DNA of 64,000 nt from an uncultured virus (IMG/VR IMGVR_UViG_3300021087_000006) (taxonomy: Duplodnaviria; Heunggongvirae; Uroviricota; Caudoviricetes): IMG/VR virus record IMGVR_UViG_3300021087_000006; one strand, 5' to 3'. The number at the start of each line of letters is the position of its first letter. Position 1 is the first letter of the stretch. Positions 1 to 8,832 of this stretch are shown piece after piece. The notes under the pieces were generated by a model that was given only the letters and a program-made list of their open reading frames with translations, was not told where the DNA came from and made no database searches. Both the position numbers and the translations under genes were made by a program.

Positions 1-141
1 GGCATGGCTGTGGTTCATCCGGGGGATATTAACTATCTACACGGCGTTAAGCCAGTAGTTTCTGGTGTAAGGTGGACAACACCATCGTTTTATACAATCA
101 CGTCGTTAAACACTTACGGACACTACACATTTGGAGATTAA
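1..141 (+). CDS. 2OG-Fe(II) oxygenase, C-terminal fragment (5' truncated by window edge)
   Basis: Frame 1 reads GMAVVHPGDINYLHGVKPVVSGVRWTTPSFY...*. Contains the distal His and Arg motif (HGVKPVxSGxR) of P4H-like oxygenases. Confidence 0.8.
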   Translation, partial: GMAVVHPGDINYLHGVKPVVSGVRWTTPSFYTITSLNTYGHYTFGD

Positions 142-834
142 ATGGAATACGCAGGTTATGTTGGGCACCCAGCATCAGGAATAGCTTTATACAAGTCAGT
201 TTGGCCGGAGGAATCCAACTTCGTTGAGAGACTGGAAGGCTGCATAAAAAACAGTACCCATGAATATTATTCATGGAAGAAAGCACTAGTAGGCGATCAA
301 GAAGAGATGCCCGATTACAGGGATTGCTCAGACTTTAAGATGCGAGAGTCAGACATTGAAAATTGTCCTGATGAATTTGAGGAGGCTTCTAAGGTTTACC
401 AAGAAGTTATTGGTGGTGTTAGAGAGTGTGTTGGTGACTACTCTAAGCGTTACAACTTACAGTTGGATTTTGAAGAAGCCACTAACTTTGTAAGGTACGA
501 GGAAGGTCAACATTTCTCAGTACATCCTGACAGTGGTTTTTCATATTCATGTGCGGTATCTACCATTGGCTACATTAACGACGGCTATGAGGGCGGAGAG
601 TATCACATGCCTTACCAAAACCTTAACTTCTTGCCCGAGTTTGGAGATGTGATTGTACACCCTTCAGACTTTGTTTACGCCCATGCCTCATTTCCCGTTA
701 AAAGTGGTGTTAAGTACTCGGCAGTGACCATGTATGATTACAACGACCGTAATCACCAGAGTTCAGAACCTACAGTAGCCCCTACTGATCAGGTTTATAT
801 TCCAGATAAGATAACCCTTCCAAAACTTGTGTAA
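142..834 (+). CDS. Prolyl 4-hydroxylase-like 2OG-Fe(II) oxygenase
   Basis: HPD...YINDGYEGGE...HPSDFVYAHASFPVKSGVKYS gives an HxD...H facial triad; Lys sits in the usual Arg position. Confidence 0.85.
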   Translation: MEYAGYVGHPASGIALYKSVWPEESNFVERLEGCIKNSTHEYYSWKKALVGDQEEMPDYRDCSDFKMRESDIENCPDEFEEASKVYQEVIGGVRECVGDYSKRYNLQLDFEEATNFVRYEEGQHFSVHPDSGFSYSCAVSTIGYINDGYEGGEYHMPYQNLNFLPEFGDVIVHPSDFVYAHASFPVKSGVKYSAVTMYDYNDRNHQSSEPTVAPTDQVYIPDKITLPKLV

Positions 835-1557
835 ATGAAAGTCACATTAACCCAAACTCATCAGAACCCACCAACCATTAGGCAAGCTCGACCTAGACGA
901 GACTGGATGGACGACACTTATAAAAAACATGCGTATAAATGCTTGCCTATGACATCCGCCAACACACACGGGTGGGAGTTAGTTTTACAACAAGATGTGG
1001 TGGTTCAGTTAGACAGTCCAACGTCAGTACCTAGAGTTTTAAGTGGCGAGAAGATTACCCACACCACCGATGGTTCAAAGTATGAGCGTCCTGTAGCATC
1101 TCAGAGTATTATCGGGATAGTGTCGTTTGACACTGGGTGGGCCATGCAAACTCCAGAAGGAGTCAGTACGTGGATCACAGGCACCCCTAACTATTTTGTT
1201 GACGGGGCTGTTCCACTAACAGCCTCCATACCCACTAGTTGGTGGCCTGATCCGTGGAATATGAATTGGAAGATAACTAAGTTAAACACTCCAGTACATT
1301 TCCCTAAAGGTATGCCTTTTATGTTTTTTCAGTTCTACCATGAAGGGTTACTGCCCTCAGTTGAGTTTTCAAAAACAAACTCATGGGACAATCCTGAGTT
1401 AATGGAAGCACGCAAGGCATACGGCAATGCTAAAGCCCAAAAGGAAATAGACGAACCATGGGTTTGGCTGGGAGGTATACGCACAGGTGTGGACGAAAAG
1501 GGTGAGCGTATAGGTCCTGCATACGAGGGACATCCAATGCTAGAGGAACCAACATGA
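835..1557 (+). CDS. DUF6065-like protein
   Basis: R-D-W-M-D...HAYKCLPMTSANTHGW, GTPNY and MNWKIT...FPKGMPF motifs are typical of DUF6065, which often neighbours 2OG oxygenases. Confidence 0.75.
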   Translation: MKVTLTQTHQNPPTIRQARPRRDWMDDTYKKHAYKCLPMTSANTHGWELVLQQDVVVQLDSPTSVPRVLSGEKITHTTDGSKYERPVASQSIIGIVSFDTGWAMQTPEGVSTWITGTPNYFVDGAVPLTASIPTSWWPDPWNMNWKITKLNTPVHFPKGMPFMFFQFYHEGLLPSVEFSKTNSWDNPELMEARKAYGNAKAQKEIDEPWVWLGGIRTGVDEKGERIGPAYEGHPMLEEPT

Positions 1558-2213
1558 AATATTGGAAAGATGGAGACCACATACCATGGGTATACACCAG
1601 AGGCATCTATGGCGATCCAGATTTTGAGCGTTTTGAAGGTGATGTGTTATTGGTGTATTTGGGTCCAGCACGTCGTCCCGGATTTCATATGTTGCCAAAT
1701 GAGTACATTAGTTTTTGCGAGTCACTTGCGGGTATAGGTAAAGGTTTTTCATTTAAAATTGCCCCGTGGATGTCTGTTGAGTACAACAAGTTAAATCCTT
1801 ACATGAAACGCTACCCAAACGCTCAAGCGTTGGTGTTTAACAGAAACGGATCACTTGGATTTGTATTCTTTGAAGGTCAAGATCCTAACGATAAAAAAGA
1901 AGACATAGAGCGGATGATTACACTAGATGCAGAACTTAGACATGTTGGTAATGAGTTTCACTACCCAGACTGGCGCTTTCAAGAAGCTGTAGACAATAGA
2001 CCATTAACTTGGGCTCACTTGTACATGGGAAGCCAGTTTACTGATGAACACCCACCTAACAGGGAAGTTTTGTTGCAAGCAATATTGGACTGTGTGTCTG
2101 CCGCAATGTTTGACATGGATGACGAGGCTAGAGAATTGTTTATGACGGAAACTCTGGAGAGTCTTCAGACACTGTATGACCGCAGGTCGCATACCCGGTA
2201 TTGGGATGATTGA
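1554..2213 (+). CDS. Hypothetical protein, possibly degenerate redoxin-like N-terminus
   Basis: ATGA-coupled ORF. N-terminal GDHIPW...F..FEGDVLLVY resembles the start of AhpC/TSA-type domains but has no CxxC. Confidence 0.45.
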   Translation: MKYWKDGDHIPWVYTRGIYGDPDFERFEGDVLLVYLGPARRPGFHMLPNEYISFCESLAGIGKGFSFKIAPWMSVEYNKLNPYMKRYPNAQALVFNRNGSLGFVFFEGQDPNDKKEDIERMITLDAELRHVGNEFHYPDWRFQEAVDNRPLTWAHLYMGSQFTDEHPPNREVLLQAILDCVSAAMFDMDDEARELFMTETLESLQTLYDRRSHTRYWDD

Positions 2214-3064
2214 TGACAGAACTGGGGTTCGGAGATTCGTGGGAACCGAACGGTGGTAGAGGAGAGCATTTAGGAGGAGGGGTAGTCTTATACCGTGGTG
2301 AAGTTTCGGTGGACTGGGATCTTCTTAGGTCATTCTCTAAGGAATCGGCTATAAAAGAACGGGATACAATGTACGTTCCCGGTAAAGATCCGATCAGCGG
2401 TGAAGATGGTTATATCAATCGTAACGGTTATTTCTTTCCTACAGATTCAGTACACCTAATGCCACAACATTGCGCTTATGTGCAAGCTGACATGCGCCCT
2501 GAGATACGGCAGATACTAAAAAGGTTTGAAGATGCCAAAGATGAATGCCTTTGGGATTACCTGCATCTATTTCCCATTGCAGGCAACTCCATATGGTGGA
2601 AGATAAAGAGCCACATCCTTGTGTATCCAGAAGGGTCATACCTAGGGATGCACGCCGACACCAGTACTGACTACGCCTACGGCGCACCAACTCCATCCGA
2701 TCAGATAGCCACTAGAACTGTTGTGTCAACATTAGCTTTTTTCAACGACCATGTAGAGAATGAAGATGAGCTAGACGGCACTAACTTTACAGGAGGGGTT
2801 GTACATTTCGGGTATCTCGATATTGAATATAAGCCATGTAAGGGTGATCTACTAATATTCCCCTCTAACTACATGGCTTCCCATGCTGTTTCTTTGGTAG
2901 GTGGCGGTGACAGGTACAGCCATGTAGGTTGGTACTGTCAGGGCACACCAAACCCAGAGGTAGGTGAAAGTGTTGTTGATCCAGCAATAGACCCAGAAGG
3001 TGCTAGAATAGCAACCAACGTATTTATGGAAGGTGGTTATAGTCTTGATTTCCCGCCCAGCTAA
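2210..3064 (+). CDS. 2OG-Fe(II) oxygenase (P4H-like)
   Basis: HAD...ELDGTNFTGG...FPSNYMASHAV...DRYS. Confidence 0.85.
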   Translation: MMTELGFGDSWEPNGGRGEHLGGGVVLYRGEVSVDWDLLRSFSKESAIKERDTMYVPGKDPISGEDGYINRNGYFFPTDSVHLMPQHCAYVQADMRPEIRQILKRFEDAKDECLWDYLHLFPIAGNSIWWKIKSHILVYPEGSYLGMHADTSTDYAYGAPTPSDQIATRTVVSTLAFFNDHVENEDELDGTNFTGGVVHFGYLDIEYKPCKGDLLIFPSNYMASHAVSLVGGGDRYSHVGWYCQGTPNPEVGESVVDPAIDPEGARIATNVFMEGGYSLDFPPS

Positions 3065-3689
3065 CATAGGGTTACTACACCCCGGAGTACTTGGGGAGGT
3101 TATAGGTAAGCAGTTTCAGAAAAACGGATGTCCTGTGTTTACTGCAACTGCGGGACGATCCCAAGATACTGTAGACAGGGCAGATAAGTCTGACTTTATT
3201 GACTTAGGTACCATCGAAGAAATGGTTAGTGAGGTTGATGTAATTGTGTCCATAGTCGGTGGTGCAGGCGTATTCGCTGTATATGGTCTGGATACTCCTA
3301 ATGAAATAGTTAACTATCCTGTTGCTGAAGCGGTGATACATGCTGGGTTTAAGGGAGTGTACGTAGACGCTAATTCCATTATTTCCGATCCTGAACAATC
3401 AAGGTGGGAGCACTCATTAGCTGACTATGTAAACAGTAGTGGTGCCTCATATGTATCAGCTTCCGTCTACGGCTATCCTAATCAAGATGGACGTATCATG
3501 TTTGTGTCGGGTGACAGAGCGGAGGCTATAGTCTCTTTATTGCCTAAGGATGATCGTAACTTTTTATATGCTAAAGTATCCCCGTGTGACGCTAAAGAGC
3601 ATAAGCGTCAGCTTATTATTGACAATGTTCCTCCTGATCCAGAGAGTTACTCACGAACTGACGAAAGCTGGATAGATGCAAATAAGTAA
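3033..3689 (+). CDS. NAD(P)-binding Rossmann protein, 6-phosphogluconate dehydrogenase-like N-terminal domain only
   Basis: IGLLHPGVLG, AGRSQDTVDRA, DVIVSI and GVYVDANSI match the NAD-binding domain of DUF1932-type dehydrogenase-like proteins. Confidence 0.65.
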   Translation: MVIVLISRPANIGLLHPGVLGEVIGKQFQKNGCPVFTATAGRSQDTVDRADKSDFIDLGTIEEMVSEVDVIVSIVGGAGVFAVYGLDTPNEIVNYPVAEAVIHAGFKGVYVDANSIISDPEQSRWEHSLADYVNSSGASYVSASVYGYPNQDGRIMFVSGDRAEAIVSLLPKDDRNFLYAKVSPCDAKEHKRQLIIDNVPPDPESYSRTDESWIDANK

Positions 3690-4491
3690 ACACCCTTCAG
3701 GACTAGTCATCTTTGATGGTGCGGCAGAAATAGATCAGGACTTCTTAGACGGGTGGATCGAAAGACGGAGTGAAATAACGGCAGGTTTGACTGGTAAAAC
3801 TGACCGACGGTTGAAAACCATTGAGGATTACACAATAGATGAAGACGGTAATTATGTAAACCGAGGTGGTTATAAGTTCACACCAGAACAGTTCAAGACC
3901 ACACCACTACGCCTTGTTGGGCTACTGTATGATGCCACTCCTGAAGATACTGCTTTTGTTAATTATCTTGATGGCGTAATGGCAAAATGTCTAGAAGAGT
4001 ACATCCGTATATACCCAGAAGTTAAAACATCAATCTGGTACAGAACGCCAAGTCATGCTGCGGTTTACACTGAGGGTCAGGAGATTGGTCCACACTCAGA
4101 TCAAGCAGTAGAACGTAGAGGTAGTAACAGCAAGTATTGGGGCTTGGGAAATGCCGACCAAGATTCAAAGCCAGTAAATGAGTTTCCTACTCGAACAGTA
4201 GTAACGGCTTCTATCGTTCTGAGAGATTGTGAAGAGGGCGGTGAGTTGAAGTTTGCACACGCTGGGGTAACAGAAAAGGCAGCGACAGGCACGGCAGTGT
4301 TTTACCCAGCAAGTTATGTAGGGTCACATCAAGTGTTAACCATAACCAAAGGTAGCAGGGTTTCATATCTTCAGTTTTACTGCCACGGCACCCCAATAGA
4401 AGGACAGCAGGAGACACATGTTGACTCGTGGTACAACAAAGATGGCAAGTGGGTACCGCCACTAATCTCGGCTCAGGTGTCCCCTCTCTAA
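3676..4491 (+). CDS. 2OG-Fe(II) oxygenase (P4H-like)
   Basis: HSD...EGGELKF...YPASYVGSHQV...GSRVS. Confidence 0.85.
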   Translation: MQISKHPSGLVIFDGAAEIDQDFLDGWIERRSEITAGLTGKTDRRLKTIEDYTIDEDGNYVNRGGYKFTPEQFKTTPLRLVGLLYDATPEDTAFVNYLDGVMAKCLEEYIRIYPEVKTSIWYRTPSHAAVYTEGQEIGPHSDQAVERRGSNSKYWGLGNADQDSKPVNEFPTRTVVTASIVLRDCEEGGELKFAHAGVTEKAATGTAVFYPASYVGSHQVLTITKGSRVSYLQFYCHGTPIEGQQETHVDSWYNKDGKWVPPLISAQVSPL

Positions 4492-5490
4492 ATTCTTAGT
4501 TATCACGTCTTCATGGTAATAGGCTTTTTTAAGACCAACTTCTCCCTCTAAAGACCTGTTCTGAAATACAGGGTTAGGTGCATCCGTGATGTTTCGATCA
4601 TTACTGTTGCGTTGAACATGGAGAGCATATTTTTCGTAGTCTTCATAAATACTCATTAGCCAGTGTGGTTCACACCATGCTTTAACTTCCTCTGGTTCAA
4701 ACACTTCTACCAGTACTTCTGGCGCTGGGCTTCCATGAGACATGAACTCTAAGTAAGAGTAACGAGTGCCTTCAAGCACAGTATTAACACCATGTGATCC
4801 CATGTAATTAGCTGGAAATATAAGGACATCTCCAGCCTTACCTTGGTGCTCAATGTCTAAATACGGAAATGTAATTTCTCCACCAGTGTAGTTAGTTCCA
4901 TCTAAGTCTTCAGGCTTGTTTACTCCGTCATTTAAATAAAGGATTATCGCTATTACTTGCCTAGAGCCACCTTGCCCACTAGGTACGTACCTCTCTCCCT
5001 GTAGTACTCGGTAGTTAGAATCATTGTCGTTATGCACACCAAGAAAACTCCCCGGCGCATAATGAAGTACATGTCCTCTTGACCTCCACCATAGAGTACC
5101 TAGTATTAGAGGGAACATGTCTACATATCTAATTAAGCACTGGTATATAACTGATTCATAATTGTGAAAAGTCTCAACCACCCACGTTGGGGTGCTGTGG
5201 TCTACAGGTTGTAATAACCGAGTAGGTACCGTCTTTACTTGTTCCATTGTGAACTTGTTTTTGTCGCTGTTCAGTGCGTACACATTGCCGTCTTCATCTG
5301 TGTCGTAAGTCCAGTTTTGTTCAAATGCTTCAGATGAGTTTTCGTCTACCCAAGACAGCAACTGTGGGTCAACAGTGCAAGTGTTTTTGAATCTAACAAC
5401 TCCCCCACCTAAGTGTTCTGTTTCTATCCGTTGTATTTCGTTAATTACGTCTTCTGTTATTAGTGGTGTGCCAGCATCAAAGATATTCAT
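4462..5490 (-). CDS. 2OG-Fe(II) oxygenase (P4H-like)
   Basis: HND...YLND...DGTNYTGGE...FPANYMGSHGV...TRYS. Start placed at ATG 5490; the ORF track extends to 5523. Confidence 0.85.
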   Translation of the reverse strand: MNIFDAGTPLITEDVINEIQRIETEHLGGGVVRFKNTCTVDPQLLSWVDENSSEAFEQNWTYDTDEDGNVYALNSDKNKFTMEQVKTVPTRLLQPVDHSTPTWVVETFHNYESVIYQCLIRYVDMFPLILGTLWWRSRGHVLHYAPGSFLGVHNDNDSNYRVLQGERYVPSGQGGSRQVIAIILYLNDGVNKPEDLDGTNYTGGEITFPYLDIEHQGKAGDVLIFPANYMGSHGVNTVLEGTRYSYLEFMSHGSPAPEVLVEVFEPEEVKAWCEPHWLMSIYEDYEKYALHVQRNSNDRNITDAPNPVFQNRSLEGEVGLKKAYYHEDVITKNLERGHLSRD

Positions 5491-6502
5491 AAGGCATGTA
5501 CGGCCCTTCTGGCTCAGACTCAACTGGTCTTACTAGTGGGTTTATCTCACCATTAGGGGGACTACCATCAAGGGTAGCCCACCTAGAATAAGGTGACTCT
5601 GAAAACCGTTGCCAGTCTTGATGTAACCAAGGCAGGTATGTCGCTTGGCACCAATGTCCATTATCTGCTTCATAAATTGGTACTAACGGCGATGGCTCAT
5701 TGTTGTGCACACCTTGTCCAAACACCGACTGGTAGTTATATCTGATACCAGCTTTTATAGTGTTCACTCCGTGGGAGCCTATGTAGTTAGCTGGGAAAAA
5801 CAGTATGTCTCCGGTTCTAGGTTTATAAGTAAGGTTGTTCAAAAACGGAAACCACATTTCCCCGCCTGTAAAATTAGTACCATCTAGTTCTTCTTCAGTA
5901 TCCACGCAGTCGTTGTAATACGTGATTGTAGACAGAACTTGGAAGATGGCTTCTGGTCTATCGGTTTCATACCTTTGACCATCTATTGTCTTTCTGCTTG
6001 TGTCGTTGTCACTGTGCATCCCGATTGCCCCATTGGGGTAATACTTGAGAACATTGCCCCTGAAGCGCCACCACAAAGAGTTTAGGACATGTGTATAGAT
6101 GTCTATATACTTCATCAGACATAGATAGATTTGATTTTCATTTTCATAAAAGAACTCGGCTATGTCTTCAGGGGTTTCCCGCATGACTGGTTTGCTATTT
6201 CCAAAACCACCAAGCCGGTATGGGTTGCGGTAGTAAGTGCTGACAGGATGTCTTTTTCCTGCTAAATCTTCACACCATGTTTCACCGTTCTCCTCTTTAA
6301 GAAACACACCCGGAGTTGAGTGAATGGCGTACTTGTCTATGTATTCAAACAATCTTGGCTGATCTACGTCTATAACGTTCTTAAAGACAGTAACCCCTGC
6401 CCCATAATCATGAAACTCTAGGTTGTTTACTAGTTCGCAATCCTCTTCTGATAAATAAGGGATTGGGGTTCTACATCCGGGGTAATCTCTAGTCAAGGCC
6501 AC
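5477..6502 (-). CDS. 2OG-Fe(II) oxygenase (P4H-like)
   Basis: HSD...ELDGTNFTGGE...FPANYIGSHGV...IRYN. Confidence 0.85.
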   Translation of the reverse strand: MALTRDYPGCRTPIPYLSEEDCELVNNLEFHDYGAGVTVFKNVIDVDQPRLFEYIDKYAIHSTPGVFLKEENGETWCEDLAGKRHPVSTYYRNPYRLGGFGNSKPVMRETPEDIAEFFYENENQIYLCLMKYIDIYTHVLNSLWWRFRGNVLKYYPNGAIGMHSDNDTSRKTIDGQRYETDRPEAIFQVLSTITYYNDCVDTEEELDGTNFTGGEMWFPFLNNLTYKPRTGDILFFPANYIGSHGVNTIKAGIRYNYQSVFGQGVHNNEPSPLVPIYEADNGHWCQATYLPWLHQDWQRFSESPYSRWATLDGSPPNGEINPLVRPVESEPEGPYMPYEYL

Positions 6503-6520
6503 AATAGGAGCCTATCAGGG

Positions 6521-7270
6521 TTAAGACGTTCTTTTAATAATGGTAGTACCGTCATCGGTAGCTAGGTGGAATACCATGAATCCGTCTTTGGTTAAAAAGC
6601 TGCGGTTAGTCTTAGTCATGTAGTGCTTATGCAAAGCGGAGTGGCTACTGTAAAACGATCCGTAAGCCCCAGTGTCTTCGATGTGCATTACACCCCCCAC
6701 TGACAGCATGTTCATATAAGCGTCTACAAGATTACTATTCAATGACACCAAGTCCTTCATGCGGACATGTACATAGTCGTAAGTACCAACGTTGGTTCCT
6801 GCCAGTATGTCCTGAACATCTAAAGTTGAATATTCTGTATCGGTGTATTTAGTCGATACTTCTGTCTGAGTTAGGTAGAACTTTTCAAATGCGTATAGGT
6901 TACAATCGTTTACTAACGTGACGTTCTTAGAACTGTCATTCATCTGCTCCATCATCCAAGATTCAGGAACACCAATAACCCACAGGTAGTTTGTTGCTTT
7001 AATACACTCTTCAAAAAGGATCGCTCTCATTTCAGCAGACCACACGTTAGCTTCCCAACCGGGAACAGACGTTTCAATCATGGTCCACCAATGTAGTTCT
7101 GCGTCATTGCCTATAACTGTGGCTCGCCTATCTACATTCATGGCAGTATGGTGTGTGGTCATAGCTGCTACATAGTCGGCTACTGTACTATTCCACATCT
7201 GGTCGTGATTAGAACTTAGTTTAGAAAGCGATTTGGAAATTAGGTTTGTTTCCATCCAAGCGTGTGTCAT
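6521..7270 (-). CDS. Putative class I SAM-methyltransferase-like protein (degenerate)
   Basis: C-terminal TYDYVHV...LVDAYMNMLSVGGVMHIED resembles MTase motifs II/III; motif I is not clear. Start at 7270 overlaps the upstream stop (TAATG). Confidence 0.5.
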   Translation of the reverse strand: MTHAWMETNLISKSLSKLSSNHDQMWNSTVADYVAAMTTHHTAMNVDRRATVIGNDAELHWWTMIETSVPGWEANVWSAEMRAILFEECIKATNYLWVIGVPESWMMEQMNDSSKNVTLVNDCNLYAFEKFYLTQTEVSTKYTDTEYSTLDVQDILAGTNVGTYDYVHVRMKDLVSLNSNLVDAYMNMLSVGGVMHIEDTGAYGSFYSSHSALHKHYMTKTNRSFLTKDGFMVFHLATDDGTTIIKRTS

Positions 7271-7578
7271 TACAGTACCCCAGTAGCTAATTGTCGCCAG
7301 TACCACAAGCGTCTAACCATTATGGTTAATACCGTGTTTTGAGTTTTAAGGTAGTCTTCAGATGCCAAAGTGGATGCGTAGGCGGCACCATTGGTGATGT
7401 TCATTGGGTTTATGGTGTTGCATTCATTTATTTTGTCAAGGATGTCATCAATAGACAGAGATGCTATGTTTGCCCAATCTAAACCGACAGAAAACAGAAC
7501 TTTAGCCAGTTCATATTCTATTTGAGACAGGTCACTAGATGCTGAGTACGAATTTCCCGGAGTACTACGTGAAGCCAT
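7270..7578 (-). CDS. Small hypothetical protein (paralog family member)
   Basis: TAATG-coupled ORF; carries EYELAKVLFSVGLD. Confidence 0.7.
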   Translation of the reverse strand: MASRSTPGNSYSASSDLSQIEYELAKVLFSVGLDWANIASLSIDDILDKINECNTINPMNITNGAAYASTLASEDYLKTQNTVLTIMVRRLWYWRQLATGVL

Positions 7579-7832
7579 TACGTACTCTCTCTAGAAATAT
7601 GCTCGGTTAAATTAGAAGTTGGATCTAGGCGACTGCAAAATAACATTGCAGCGTCTGATTCGTACTCCCATCCTGCCAACTCTTTGTTCCACTTGATTGG
7701 CTCGTTGTCTCGCCAAGGACCTACGGGAGAGTTAGCGTCGGTACCTAGCTGTGGTCCTGTGTACATTAGAGCGTCGGTAAGTAAAGTTTTACCTGCTTCT
7801 ACAGCAAGGTCATGCTGAGTCTTGTCAGCCAT
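7578..7832 (-). CDS. Small hypothetical protein
   Basis: Tightly packed in the minus-strand operon. Confidence 0.65.
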   Translation of the reverse strand: MADKTQHDLAVEAGKTLLTDALMYTGPQLGTDANSPVGPWRDNEPIKWNKELAGWEYESDAAMLFCSRLDPTSNLTEHISREST

Positions 7833-7835
7833 GAT

Positions 7836-8045
7836 TTAAGAAAGTGCGCCAAGGGCGGCTAGTTGATTTTTAAGACATTCATGTGCAGCGTAAAATTCCG
7901 TACCTTCAGCCACTGGATTGGTATACGAGGATGTGACTGTGGATGGATCTACACCTAACGACAGGCATAACACTTGAGTAGAATATTCTAAGTATTCCTT
8001 AGCTTCTGCTTTAGCTGCCGTAACTTGAGCTTCTGTTAACGCCAT
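7836..8045 (-). CDS. Small hypothetical protein (paralog family member)
   Basis: Carries EYSTQVLCLSLGVD; 3-4 nt gene spacing. Confidence 0.7.
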   Translation of the reverse strand: MALTEAQVTAAKAEAKEYLEYSTQVLCLSLGVDPSTVTSSYTNPVAEGTEFYAAHECLKNQLAALGALS

Positions 8046-8049
8046 GAGG

Positions 8050-8304
8050 TTATCCTAACGCAGTTAAGTCAGATTTGCATTTAATAATGCGTTCGTTCAG
8101 GGATTGTATACGCCTCTCTGGCTCATATATTTTACCTGTGTCGCTGTCTGCTGGTTCTGCTGGTGCTGTGTAATCCGCTGGTAATGTGTTAGCGTCTACG
8201 CCTTGTCTAAGGCATACTTCATAAATCTCTTGTTCCATTTCACCAATGACTTTTGTTAGTATCGTCTTCTTGGTTGCATCTGGAATTGGTTTAGAAAAGT
8301 CCAT
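8050..8304 (-). CDS. Small hypothetical protein (paralog family member)
   Basis: Carries EQEIYEVCLRQGVD; RBS GAGGA upstream on the minus strand. Confidence 0.75.
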   Translation of the reverse strand: MDFSKPIPDATKKTILTKVIGEMEQEIYEVCLRQGVDANTLPADYTAPAEPADSDTGKIYEPERRIQSLNERIIKCKSDLTALG

Positions 8305-8339
8305 TAATTGTGTCCTCTAAGAATTAGTTCCTGATATAA

Positions 8340-8362
8340 AGAATACCATAGCGTGGTACGAT
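8340..8362. promoter_or_regulatory. Back-to-back divergent extended -10 promoters
   Basis: Minus strand TGG-TATTCT (8340-8348) and plus strand TGG-TACGAT (8354-8362) lie in the gap between divergent operons. Confidence 0.55.
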
Positions 8363-8388
8363 ATAAATGACATATTAGCGTTTAGGGG

Positions 8389-8832
8389 GTGCCTGTGGGC
8401 GACCAAGATTCCCTACAAGTCGCTAAACAAAAGATAGATAAGGTCTTTAAAGACCTAGATGTAACAACACCTGAGGCTTCAACCAGAGCAGTTAAAAATC
8501 AAATAAAGTCTGCACAGTCTTTAATAGACAAAGCCAAAGACAACATCGCTTACGTTCTGGGTCTACCCGCAGCGATTACTGGAGCCTTTGGCTTCTTGTG
8601 GGATTCATCTTCAGACGAAGCCGCCTTGCAATATCAAGTGGATCAGTTAGAGACTGCCGTAGCCGATTTAAAGGCCGAGAATGATCTTCTGGGAGGGGGT
8701 ACCAAGAACTGGTCTCTCAATCCAGCAGATGCCCCCGGTGGGTCTCTAACGGTAATTCTAGTAGCTGGACTAATAGTAGTACTACTAATACTGCTCTTCT
8801 GGTATCAGAACAGGCGTAAAAACAGACAGTGA
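8389..8832 (+). CDS. Membrane protein with coiled coil
   Basis: Two hydrophobic segments (IAYVLGLPAAITGAFGFLW; LTVILVAGLIVVLLILLFWY) and a basic C-terminal tail. Confidence 0.7.
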   Translation: MPVGDQDSLQVAKQKIDKVFKDLDVTTPEASTRAVKNQIKSAQSLIDKAKDNIAYVLGLPAAITGAFGFLWDSSSDEAALQYQVDQLETAVADLKAENDLLGGGTKNWSLNPADAPGGSLTVILVAGLIVVLLILLFWYQNRRKNRQ

